Part shown: positions 13,112 to 25,039 of the stretch, in pieces | Numbering within the stretch: position 1 is the stretch's first letter | Layout of the letters: each line of letters starts with the position of its first letter | Assembly (NCBI RefSeq): GCF_044704955.1 | Contig: NC_091999.1 | Location: 66,340,001-66,404,000 of the forward strand | Source: Pristiophorus japonicus | Taxonomy: Eukaryota | Length of the DNA: 64,000 nucleotides | Direction: 5' to 3' | Notes under the pieces: generated by a model | The model's database searches: none | Told to the model about the DNA's origin: nothing | The model's input: only the letters and a program-made list of their open reading frames with translations | Made by a program: the position numbers and the translations under genes

Positions 13112-13531
13112 AATATTGACACGGTGGCAACTCCTCCATTATTTTTCGAATACAGCTGTAGGAACATTCACATCCACACGAGAGTGCAGACGGAGCTTCA
13201 ATTTAACATTTCATCCGAAAGTCAACAGCTTTAACAATGCAAAATTCCCCAAGTACTGCATTTGAGTGTCAGCCAAGATATAAACATAGAAATTAGCTGC
13301 CGGAATAGGTTATTCGGCCCTTCGAGCCTGCACCGCCATTCAATGAGTTCATGGCTGACCATGCAACTTCAGTACACCATTCCTGCTTTCGCGCCATACC
13401 CCTTGATCCCCCTGGTAGTAAGGAATACTTCTAACTCCTTTTTGATGTTGTGCTCAAGTATCAGGAGTTGGACCTACACACACAACCTCCTGATTCAGTC
13501 GAGAATGGAGCCACTGATCCAAAGCCGATAT
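13112..13531 (-). mobile_element. DeuSINE-like (SacSINE1-type) tRNA-headed SINE, 3'-truncated, unit 1; interrupted by a CR1 tail fragment at ~13280-13443
   Basis: Reverse complement has a tRNA-like head followed by a Deu-domain-like tract (ttcggatgaaatgttaaattgaagctccgtctgcactctcgtgtggatgtg...tattcgaaaaata), compared with recalled consensus. Confidence 0.7.
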
Positions 13532-13696
13532 CAAAGATCACAACCGTATTATTTTCCCCAAGTTTTTAAAAAAGTTCCAGGACATACCAAATTCATGGTG
13601 ATGATTTCCACAGACAGTTGCCAAACACAGGGACATACATACCAATTGACATACACAGACACACACACACACAATAACAAAAATATGCATGCATCA

Positions 13697-14405
13697 ACAT
13701 AGAAACATATAAATTAGGTGCAGGAGTAGGCCATTCGAGCCTGTACCACCGTTCAATAAGATCATGGCTGATCATTCAACCTCAGTACCCCTTTCCTGAT
13801 TTCTCTCCATACCCCTTGTTCCCTTTAGCCATAAAGGCCATATCTAATTCCCTTTTGAATATATCTAATGAACTGGCCTTAACAACTTTCTGCGGTAGAG
13901 AAATCAACAGATCAACCACTCTCTGAGTGTAGAAGTTTCTCCTCATTTCGGCCCTAAATGGCTTACCCCTTATTCTTAGACGGTGACCCTTGGTTCTCGA
14001 ACTCCCCAGCAACGGAAACGTTCTTCCTACCTCTAACCTGTCCAATCTCGTCAGAATTATATCTGTTTCTATGAGATCCCCTCTCATTCTTCTAATTTCC
14101 AGTGTATATAAGTCCCGTTGATCCAGTCTGCCCTCATATGTCAGTCCTGCCATTCCGGGAATCATGCTGGTGAATCTTCGCTGTACTCCCTCAATAGCAA
14201 GAACGTCCTTCCTCAGATTTGCAGTCCAAAACTGAACGCAATAGTCCAGGTGTGGCCTCACCAAGGCCCTGTACAACTGCAGTAAGACCACCCTGCTAAT
14301 ATACTGAAATTCCCTAGCTATGAAGGCGAAAATGCCATTTGCTTTCTTCCCCGCCTGTTGCACCTGAATGTCAACTTTCAATGACCGATTTCCATGACAC
14401 CCAGA
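13697..14405 (-). mobile_element. 5'-truncated CR1 (shared with unit 3)
   Basis: ORF 13782-14381 is the RT C-terminus; tail aacatagaaacat at 13697. Confidence 0.9.
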
Positions 14406-14641
14406 TCAAGATATACACAGAGTGCCTTAGTCAAATAGAGGGATAGACAGGCAGGGTCAGTCTTGCTACTTTGGCTGGCTTTTGCGTTTTACTATTCGGA
14501 TGTATCGAGAATATTGCAGATTAATGAAAGTAAGAAATCAGCGGCTGTGTTGAAAGGTGTGGGACGTTGTTCCATCTATCTCAGAATCAGTTTGGCAGGG
14601 ACCTGGTTAAATTTTCAAACAGAATGAAATATGCTGAGAAA

Positions 14642-14723
14642 CGCAGTCGGCAAGATTCAAACCTGCGTGGGGAAACCTGAATGGATTTTTAGTTCATCGT
14701 CTTAACCACTCAGCCACGACTTT
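14642..14723 (-). tRNA. tRNA-Ser(AGA)-derived pseudogene (anticodon reads AAA), unit 1
   Basis: Reverse complement agtcgtggctgagtggttaagacgatgaactAAAaatccattcaggtttccccacgcaggtttgaatcttgccgactgcg. Confidence 0.88.
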
Positions 14724-14943
14724 TGGCTTGCTGTCTCTTTAAATGATCCTCAGATAAAAAATCAGTCATCCATCTCTGTGCAGCAGACGGCCACAGAATT
14801 CTGGAAAAGTCTCGGTTTGCTAAAAATCTGGAAGAGGCAATATCCTCTTGCTGTATTTATACTGTTCTATATTGGTCTGGAACATTTTAATATGAATCGA
14901 TACAAAGAAACAGAAGTAAAATTCTACATTTTGTAAAAGCTTC

Positions 14944-15016
14944 CGCTTCGTCAGGGAATTGAACGCCGGAATTCCACCTGAAAGACAAGGATACTCACCA
15001 CTATATATAACGGGTA
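14944..15016 (-). tRNA. tRNA-Asp(GTC)-derived pseudogene, unit 1
   Basis: Aligns to vertebrate Asp-GTC (gatactcaccactata, gggaattgaac); anticodon arm mutated. Confidence 0.8.
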
Positions 15017-15049
15017 TGGGTTCTGTCAGAGCAGGAATCGAGCTATGAA

Positions 15050-15600
15050 CAGAACTGGACACCATGAGAAGTCAACAGTCACATTGAGAGACAGAGACAA
15101 ACAGACAAACAGGGAGACACAGAAAGCGAGATATAGAAAACGAGAGACAGAAAATGTGAGACTGAGAAGGAGAGTCAGGCTGAGTGAGAAAAATACTCAA
15201 ACACATACATACACAGAGATGTGTTTGCCTACTCCATAAAGGAAGCGAGACAAATAGTGCTTGAATGACAGGGAAAAAAACAAGGACAAAGAGAGAGATA
15301 AAGAGGGAGACAGATGGAGAGAACGACAGGTTGACAGAAAATTATAGAGACAAAAACAGCAAATGATGGAAATACTCATCGGGTTAGAGACAGTGAATAA
15401 CAGAAGCAGGCAAAGACATGACAGACAGAGATGATGGGAAAGACAGAGCCAGTCAGACAGAGAATCTGAGAGAATCTCATCAGAACAGAACTGGACACCG
15501 TGAGAAAGAGGCAGATTGAAAGACAGACAGAATGAGTGAGACAAAGACTCAAACACACAAACCTCTCTAAAGAGAGAGAGGCAAAGCCCGAGCGACACAG
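15050..15600. repeat. GA-rich low-complexity domain, unit 1
   Basis: (AG/AC)-rich tract with the gaactggacacc(a/g)tgagaa motif at ~15052 and ~15488. Confidence 0.8.
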
Positions 15601-15728
15601 ATACATGTCACAATTTCATTTTATTTTCGGCTCAGAGTGTCACAGAGTTACAGAAAATTGCTGATTCAACCGATGAAAATCTGGTATCACTGATCAGGAG
15701 GGGGGAAATCTGTGCTAAATTCAAGTGT

Positions 15729-15811
15729 TACCAGGATTGGGGTATGAATCCATGCGTGTATAAACCAATTGCATCTTAAATCCAACGCCTTAACCACTAG
15801 GCAATCCTGGT
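15729..15811 (-). tRNA. tRNA-Leu(TAA) pseudogene, unit 2
   Basis: Reverse complement accaggattgcctagtggttaaggcgttggatTTAAgatgc...ggattcataccccaatcctggta. Confidence 0.88.
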
Positions 15812-16128
15812 CCTGTCAGTATCTGCATTCTGCCTTTGTGAGAATCTGGCCTTGAACCCCAACCCCAGAGACACACAAAGACACATCGGCCTTCAGTGAC
15901 CATTTGCGAACATTTTTAGTAATATTGACACGGGGGCAAATCTCTTATTCTTTTTCGAGTAATTCTCGGGGACCTTTAACATCCACCCGAGGGTGCAGAC
16001 GGAGCTTCAATTTAACATTCCATCCGAAAGTCAACAGCTTCAACATTGCAAAATTCCTAAACAAATGCACTTGAGTGTCAGCCAAGATTATATGCTCAAT
16101 CTCAGGAGTGGGACTTGAACACACAATC

Positions 16129-19100
16129 TAATTGTTTCCGAGGGTTAAGTCATTGCAGGAGAGCTCAGTCACGTGATATTCTCCTCCTGTACCATGTAGG
16201 AACTCAGGGAGTAGTCCGTGTGCAGGAAGTGTATCCACGTGCGGGAAGTGTATCCGCCTCCAGCTCCTGACGGACCGCGTTGCGGAATTTGAGCAAAGGG
16301 TGGATTCACCCTGGAGCATCCACGATGCTGAGAATGACATGAGTAGCAAGTGTAGCGAGTTGGTCATACCGCAGGTGAAGGGTCCACAGCCAGATAGGGA
16401 ATGGAAGGCCAGCAGGAATAGCATTGCAAGGAAGATAGTGCAGGGGTCCCCTGCGGTCATCCCCCTGCAAAACAGATACACCGCTTTGAGTACTGTTGAC
16501 GGCGATGACTCATCAGGGGAGGGTAGCAGCAGCCATGTTCATGGCACCGTGGATGGCTCTGTTGCACAGTATGGCAGGAAAAAGAGTGGGAGACCAATAG
16601 CGATAGAGGATTCAATTGTAAGTGGAATAGATAGGCGTTTCTGCGGCTGCAACCGAGACTCCTGGAAGATATGTTGCCTCCCTGGTGCAAGGGTCAAGGG
16701 TGTCTCGGAGCCGGTGCAGGATATTCTGAAAAGGGAGGGTGAACAGCCAGTTGTCGTGGTGCACATTGGTACCAAAGATAGAGGTTAAAAAAAGGGATGA
16801 GGTCCTACGAGAAGAATTTAAGAAGCTAGGTGCTAAATTAAAAAGTAGGACCTCAAAAGTAGTAATCTCGGGATTGCTACCAGTGCCACGTGCTAGTCAG
16901 AGTAGGAATCACAGGATAGCTCAGATGAATACATGGCTTGAGCAGTAGGGAGGGATTCAAATTCCTGGGGCATTGGAACCGGTTCTGGGGGAAGTGGGAC
17001 CAGTACAAACCGGACGGTCTGCACCTGGGCAGGACGAGAATCAATGCCCTAGGAGGAGTGTTTGCTAGTACTGTTGGGGAGGAGTTAAACTAACATGGCA
17101 GTGGGATGGGAACCAATGCAGGAAAGAGAGGGAAAGAAAATGGAGACAGAAGCAAAAGACAGAAAGGAGATGAGTAAAAGTGGAGTGCAGTGAAACCCAA
17201 GGCAAAAAACAATATGGGCCACTGTCCAGCAAAATTATAAAGGGTGAAAGTCGAATACAAATGCACGCATGAGAGCTCGGTGCGTCATTGCCAGGAGTAT
17301 TCGGAACGCAGAAGAGGGTTCTGAGCTAGTTAGAGTGGATGAGAGCTCAGATGAACAGGACCACAAGAAAGAATGCAAAAGGCAGGAGGCAACAGAGCAG
17401 AGTAGCACTGGGGTAAGTGTAAACCACAAGGTGATAGGTAGGGACAATATGTATGAATATAAAGGGGCTGCAGGAGGCGTCAATACTAAAAATCATGGTT
17501 TAAAAACTCGTATTAAAACACGCTACCTAAACGCACGCAGCATTTATAAGAACATAAGAACATACGAATTAGAAACAGGAGGAGGCCATCTAGCCCCTCG
17601 AGCCTGCTCCTCCATTCAATAAGCTCATGGCTGATCTGGCAGTGGACTCAGCTCCACTTACCCGCCCTCTCCCCGGAACTCTTAATTCCCTTATTGGTTA
17701 AAAATCTATCGATCTGTGTCTTGAACACATTCAATGAGCTAGCCTCAACTGCTTCCATGGGCAGAGAATTCCACAGATTCACAACGCTGTGGGAGAAGAA
17801 ATTCCTTCTCAAATTGGTTTTAAATTGGCTCCCCAGTCTTTTGAGGCTGTGCCCTCTAGTTCGAGTCTCCCCTACCAGTGGAAACAACCTCACTTACTCT
17901 ATCTTGCCTATCCCTTTCATGATTTTAAATGTTTCTGTAAGATCACCCCTCATCCTTCTGAATTCCAACGAGTAAAGAACAAGTTACTCAATCTATCATC
18001 ATAAGGTAACCCTCTCATCTCCGGAATCAGCCTAGTGAATCGTCTCTGTACCCACTCCAAAGCCTGCATATTCTTCCTTAAGTAAGGTGACCAAAACTGC
18101 ATGCAGTACTCCAGGTGCGGCCTGACCAATACACTATACAGTTGCAGCAGGAACTCCCTGTTTTTTACTCCATCCCTCTCGCAATGAAGGCGAACATTCC
18201 ATTTGCCTTCCTGATTACCTGCTGCACCTGCAAACTAACTTTTTGGGATTCATGCACAAGGACCCCAAGGTACCCCAAGGTACCCCTGCACGTCAGCATG
18301 TTGTAATTTCTCCCCATTCAAATAATATTCTACTTTACTGTTTTTTTCCCCAAGGTGGATGACCTCACACTTTCCGACATTGTATTCCATCTGCCAAACC
18401 TTAGCCCATTCGCCTAACCTATCCAAATCTCTTTGCAGCCTCTCGGAGTCCTCTTCACAACCCGCTTTCCCACTAATCTTCGTGTCATCTGCAAATGTTT
18501 TTACACTACACTCTGTCCCCTCTTCCAGGTCATCTATGTAAATTGTAAATAGTTGTGGTTCCAGCACCGATCCCTGTGGCACACCACTAACAACCGATTT
18601 CCAACCCGAAAAGGACCCATTTATCGCGACTCTCTGCTTTCTGTTCGCCAGCCAATTCTCTATCCTTGCTAATACATTTCTTTTGACGCCGCGTACCTTT
18701 ATTTTCTGCAGTAACCTTTTGTGTGGCACCTTATCGAATGCCTTTTGGAAATCTAAATACACCACATCCATCGGTACACCTCCATCCACCATGCTCGTTA
18801 TATCTTCAAAGAATTCCAGTAAATTAGGTGAACATGATTTCCACTTCATGAATCCACGTTGCGTCTGCGTGATTTCACTATTCCTATCGAGATGTCCCGC
18901 TAGTTCTTCCTTAATAATAGTTTCAAGCATTTCCCCTACTACAGTTGTTAAATTAACCATCCTATAGTTACCTGCCTTTTGTCTGCCCCGTTTTTTAAAC
19001 AGGGGCGTTACATTAGCTGCTTTCCAATCCGCTGGTACCTCCGCAGAATCCATAGAATTTTGGTAGATTAAAATGAATGCATCTGCTATAACTTCCGCCA

Positions 19101-22100
19101 TTGCTTTTAATCCCTGGGATGCATTTCATCTGGACCAGGGGAGTTGTCTACCTTGAGTCCCATTAGCCTGTCCAGCACTATCCCCCTAGAGATAGTGATT
19201 GTTTCATGGTCCTCCCCTCCCACATTCCAGTGACCTGCAATTTTTTGGCATGGTTCTTGTTTCTTCCACTATGAAGACTGAACCAAAATAATTGTTTGAG
19301 GTCTCAGCCATTTCCACATTTCCCATTATTAAATCCCCCTTCTCAACTTCTAAGGGACCAACATTTACTTTTGTCGTCATTTCCGTTTTATATATCTGTA
19401 AAAGCTTTTCCTATCTGTTTTTATATTTTGCGCAAGTTTACCTTCGTAATCTATCTTTCCTTTCTTTACTGCTTTTTTAGTCATTCTTTGCTGTTGCTTA
19501 AAATGTTCCCAATCATCTAGTCTCCCTCTAACTTTGGCCACCTTATATGCATTGGTCTTTGATTTGATACTCTCCTTTATTTCCTTGGTTATCCATGGCT
19601 GGTTATCCCTTCTCTTGCCGCCCTTTTTTTTCACTGCAATATATTTTTGTTGCGCACTATGAAAGAGCACCTTAAAAGTGTTCCACTGTTCCTCAATTGT
19701 GCCACCATTTCGTCTTTGTTTCCAGTCTACTTTAGCCAACTCTGCACTTATTCCACAGTAGTTCCCTTTGTTTAAGCAGAGGACGCTCGTTTCTGACACA
19801 ACTTCCTCACCCTCAATCTGGATTACAAATCCAACCATACTGTGATCACTCATTCCGAGAGGAACTTTTACTAGGAGATCGTTTATTTTTCCGGTCTCAT
19901 TACACAGGATCAGATCTAAGCTGGCTTGCTCCCTTGCAGGTTCTCTTACATACTGTTCTAAGAAACAATCCCGTATGCATTCTATGAATTTATCCTCCAG
20001 GCTACACCGTGCGATTTGATCTGACCAATAAATATGAAGCTTAAAATCCCCCATGACTACTGCCGTTCCGTTTTCACATGCCTCCAATATTCCCGTGATT
20101 ATTGCGCCTCACCGTGAAGTTATTATTTGGGGGCCTATAAACTACGCCGACCAGAGACTTTTTATCCTTACTATTTCTAATCTCCACCCACAATGATTCA
20201 ATATTTTGCTCATTGGAGCCAATATCGTCCCTCACTACTGCCTTGATATCATCCTTTATTAACAGAGCTACCGCACCTCCTTTCCCTTCTTGTCTATCTT
20301 TCCGAATCGTCAGATACCCCTGTATGTTTAATTCCCAGTCTTGGCCACCCTGCAACCATATTTCTGGAAGGGCCACCAAATCATACCCATTTGTAATGAT
20401 TTGTGCCGTCAACTCATTTACTTTATTTCGATGCTGCGTGCATTTAGTTAGAGTTTTTTCATCCTAGTTTTTAAACCATGATTTTTAGTTTTGACCCCTC
20501 CTGCAGCCCCTTTATATTCAGTGGCCCTTTTTATTTCTTGCCTTGGGTTTCTCTGCCCTCCACTTTAACTCATCTCCTTTCTGTCTTTTGCTCTTTTCTC
20601 CTTTTTGTTTCCGTCTGTCTCCCTGCATTGGTTCCCAACCCCCTGCCATATTAGTTTAACTCCTCCCCAACAGCACTAGCAAACACTCCCCCGAGGACAT
20701 TCGTTCCGGTCCTGCCCAGGTGCAGACCATCCGATTGTACTGGTCCCACCTCCCCCAGAACCGGTTCCAATGCCCCAGGAAATTGAATCCCTCCCTGCTG
20801 CACCACTGCTCAAGCCACGTATTCATCTGAGCTGTCCTGCGATTCCTTCTATGACCAGCACGTGGCACTGGTATCAATCCGGAGATTACTACTTTTGAGG
20901 TCCTACTTTTTAATTTAGCTCCAAGCTCCTTAAATTCGTCTCGGAGGACCTCTTCCCTATTTTTACCTATGTCGTTGGTTCCAATGTGCACCACGACAAC
21001 TTGCTGTTCTCCCCCCCTTTTTAGAATGTCCTGCACCCGCTCCGAGACATCCTTGACCCTTGCACCAGGGAGGCAACATACAATCCTGGAGTCTCGGTTG
21101 CAGCCGCAGAAACGACAATCAATTCCCCTTTCGATTGAATCCCCTATCACTATCGCTCTCCCACTCGTTTTCCTGCCCTCCTGTGCAACAGAACCAGCCA
21201 CGGTGCCATGAACTTGGCTGCTGCTGCACTCCCCTGATGAGGCATTCCCCTCAACATCACTCAGCGTATCTGTTTTGCAGGGGATGACCGCAGAGGACAC
21301 CTGCCCTACCTTCCTTGCACTGCTCTTCCTGCTGGTCTTCCATTCCCTAGCTGAAATAAAGTAAATGAGTTGACGGCACAAATCATTACAAATGGATATG
21401 ATTTGGTGGCCATTACAGAAACGTGGTTGCAGGGTGGCCAAGACTGGGAATTAAACATACACGGGTATCTGACAATTCGCAAAGATAGACAAGAAGGGAA
21501 AGGAGGTGGGGTAGCCCTGATAATAAAAGATGATATAAGGGCAGTTGTTAGAGGTGATATTGGCTCTAATGAACAAAATGTTGAATCATTGTGGGTGGAG
21601 ATTAGAGATAGTAAGGGAAAAAAGTCACTGGTGGACGTAGTTTATAGGCCCCCAAATAATAACTTCATGGTGGGGCGTACAGTAATCAAGGGAATAATGG
21701 AGGCATGTGAAAAATGAATGGCAGTAATCATGGGGGATTTTAACTTACATATCGATTGGTCAAATCAAATCGCATGGGGTAGCCTTGAAGGGGAATTCAT
21801 AGAATGCAGACGGGATTGTTTCTTAGAACAGTATGTTACAGAACCTACAAGGGAGCAAGCTATCTTAGATCTGATCCTGTGTAAGGAGACTGCAATAATA
21901 AACGATCTCCTAGTAAACGATCCTCTCGGAATTAGTGATCACAGTGTGGTTGAATTTATAATACAGATTGAGGGTGAGGAACTACTGTCTCAAACGAGCG
22001 TACTATGCTTAAACAAAGGGGACTAGAGTGGTTGAGGGCAGAATTGGCTAACGTAGACTGGAAACAAGACTAAACGGTGGCACAATTGAGGAACAGTGCA

Positions 22101-24180
22101 GGACCTTTCAGGAGTTCTTTCATAGTGCTCCACAAAAATATATTCCAGTGAAAAAGAAGGGAGGTAAGAAAAGGGATAACCAGCCGTGGATAACCAAGGA
22201 AATAAAGGAGAGTATCAAATTAAAAAGCAATGCGTATAAGGTGGCCAAGGTTAGTGGGAGACGAGAAGACTGGGAAAATTTTAAACGACAGCAAAGAATG
22301 ACTAAGAAAGCAATAAAGAAAGGAAAGATAGATTATGAAAGTAAACTTGCGCAACACATAAAAACAGATAATAAAAGCTTTTACAGATATATAAAACAGA
22401 AAAGAGTGACTAAAGTAAATGTTGGTCGCTTAGAAGATGAGAAGGGGGATTTAATAATGGGAAATGTGGAAATGGCTATTACATTAAACAATTATTTTGC
22501 TTCGGTCTTCACAGTGAAAACACAAGAACCATGCCAAAAATTGCTGGTCACGGGAATGTGGGAAGGGAGGACGTTGAGATAATCACCATCAATTAGGGTT
22601 AGTGCTGCACAGGCTAATGGGATTCATGGTCGACAATTCCCCTGGTCGTGGTGAAATGCATCCCAGGCTATTAAAAGAGATGGTGGAAGTTATAGCAGAT
22701 GCATTCGTTACAACGGATTGGAAAGCAGCTAATGAAAGCCTCTGTTTAAAAAAGGGGCAGACAAACGGCAGTTAACTATAGGCCGGTTACTTTAACATCT
22801 CTACTGGAGAAAATGCTTCAAGCTATCATTAAGGAAGAAATAGTGGGACATCTAGACAGGAATAGTGCAATCAAGCAGACGCAACGTGGATTCATGAAGG
22901 GGAAATCATGTTTAACTCGTTTACTGGAATTCTTTGAGAATATAACGAGCATGGTGGATATAGGTGTACCGATGGAAGTGGTGCATTTGGATTTCCAAAA
23001 GGCATTCGATAAGGTGGCACACAAAAGATTACTGCAGAAGATAAAGTTACGCGGATTCTTAGGAAATGTATTAACATGGATCGAGAATTGGCTGGCGAAC
23101 AGAAAGCAGAGAGTCGGCATAAATGGGTCCTTTTCGGGTTGGAAATCGGTGGTTGGTGTGGTGCCACAGGGATCGGAGCTGGTACCACAAATGTTTACAT
23201 TATACATAGATGACCTGGAAGAGGGGACAGAGTGTCGTGTAATTAAATGAGTAGATGATACAAAGATTAGTGGGAAAGCGGGATGTGTAGAGGACACAGA
23301 GAGGCTGCAAAGAGATTTAGATAGGTTAAGCGAATGGGCTAAGGTTTGGCAGATGGAATACAATGTCGGAAAATGTGGGATCATCAACCTTGGAAAAAAA
23401 ACAATAAAAGGGAATATTATTTGCATCGGGAGAAATTACAACATGCTGCGGTGCAGAGGGACAAGGGGGTCCTGGTGCATTAATCCCCAAAAGTTTGTTT
23501 GCAGGTGCGGCTGGTAATCAGGAAGGCGAATGGAATGTTGGATATCATTGCGAGCGGGATGGAGCACAAAAGCAGGGAGGTCCTGCTGCAACTGTACAGG
23601 GTATTGGTGAGGCCGCATCTGCAGTACTGCGTCCAGTTTTGTCACCTTACTTAAAGAAGTATAATATAGCTTTGGAGGGTGTACAGAGACGATTCACTGG
23701 GCTGATTCCGGAGATGAGGGGGTTACCTTATGATGATAGATTGAGTAGACTGGGTCTTTATTCGTTGGAGTTCAGAAGGTTGAGGGGTGATCTTATAGAA
23801 ACATTTAAAATAATGAAAGTGCTCGACAAGATAGAGGCAGAGAAGTTGTTTCCACTGGTCGGGGAGAATAGAACTATGGGGCACAGCCTCAAAATACGGT
23901 AGAGCCAATTTAAAATCGAGTTGGGAAGGAATTTCTTCTCCCTTAAGGTTGTGAATCTCTGGAATTCTGCCCAAGGAGGCAGCTGATGCTAGCTCATTGA
24001 CTGTATTCAAATCACAGATAGATAGATTTTTACCAATAAGGAAATTAAGGGTTATGGGGAGCAGGCCGGTAAGTGGAGCTGAATCCACGGCCAGATCAGC
24101 CATGATCTTGATGAATGGCGGAGCAGGCTCGAGGGGCTAGAAGGGCTACTCCTGTTCCTAATTATTTTGTTCTTATGTTC
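16129..24180 (+). mobile_element. Near full-length CR1 LINE (ORF1 SGNH esterase + ORF2), family B (TTCTTATG)n tail; interrupted at 17546-21352
   Basis: ORF1 IEDSIV...CLPGA...VVVHIGT (16300-16788); ORF2 LNARSI breaks at 17545 and resumes NKVNELTAQII at 21353; RT 22813-23902; tail ttgttcttatgttc at 24180. Confidence 0.92.
17546..21352 (-). mobile_element. CR1 LINE family B, nested antisense; 5'-truncated inside ORF1
   Basis: Tail (aagaacat)n at ~17548-17563; RT 18250-19101 (GVPQGSVL, FADDTK); EN 19377-20412; ORF1 VIGDS...CLPGA...HIGTND (20656-21441). Confidence 0.93.
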
Positions 24181-24624
24181 TCCTGATTCAGTCGAGAATG
24201 CTGCAACTCAACCAAAGCCGATACCAAAGTTCAGAACCGTATTATTTTCCCCAAGTCGTTTCAAAAAGTTCCAGGACATACCAAATTCATGGTGATGATT
24301 TCCACAGACAGTTGCACATACACAGAGACATACATACAGACAGATAGACAGACACAGAGACACACACACAGACACACAGAACCAAAAATATACTTGCACC
24401 AACGGACATGCAGAGAGTGCCTTAGATAGATAGAGGGAGAGACAAGCTGAATCACTGTCGCTAATTTGGCTGATTGTTGCGTATGTATCGTGAATATGCA
24501 GATTAATAAAAATGAGAAAAAAAATCTCAGTGTTGAAACGTGTGGGACGTTATTCCATCTGTCTCACGATCAGTTTTGCAGAGACCTGGTTAAATTGTGA
24601 AATTGAATGAAAAATGCTGAGAAC

Positions 24625-24706
24625 CACAGTCGGCAGGATTCAAACCTGGGCGGGGAAAGCCCAAAAGATTTCTAGTTCATCGCCTTAACCACTCAGTCAC
24701 GACTAC
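24625..24706 (-). tRNA. tRNA-Ser(AGA), degenerate, unit 2
   Basis: Reverse complement gtagtcgtgactgagtggttaaggcgatgaactAGAaatc...ggtttgaatcctgccgactgtg; anticodon intact, B box TTCG changed to TTTG. Confidence 0.9.
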
Positions 24707-24924
24707 TGGTCCGCTGCCACTTTCAATGTTACTCAGATAAAACTCAGTCATCCATCTCTGTGCAGCAGACGGCACAGAATCCTCAAACAGTCTCTTTTTG
24801 CTAAAAATCTGGAAGAGGCAATCTCCCCTTCCTGTATTTTTGGTGTTCTTTCTTGCTCCGGAACTTTTTAACACGAATCGACACCAAGAAGCAGAAGGAC
24901 AATTTAACATTTTGAAAATATTTC

Positions 24925-24996
24925 CTCCGCATCAGGGAACTGAACCCCAGACTCCCAAGTGACAGATAGGGATACTAACCACGAAACGAACGAGGT
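24925..24996 (-). tRNA. tRNA-Asp(GTC) pseudogene, unit 2
   Basis: 72 nt; anticodon loop ctGTCac retained; many stem mismatches. Confidence 0.82.
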
Positions 24997-25039
24997 ACTG
25001 ACGAGTCTGATTTTGTCAAAGCAGGAATCGAGCTGTGAA

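Larger units (their letters stand above)
15921..24225 (-). mobile_element. DeuSINE-like SINE, unit 2, split into 15921-16128 and 24181-24225 by an 8-kb CR1 insertion
   Basis: acacaatct|...|tcctgattcagtcgag rejoins to the sequence that is intact at 27045-27070. Confidence 0.75.

Noticed and set aside
20656-21441. Stand-alone GDSL/SGNH esterase gene
   Set aside because: It is CR1 ORF1. Esterase domains in CR1-group ORF1 are established, and the ORF's N-terminus is read from the neighbouring element.
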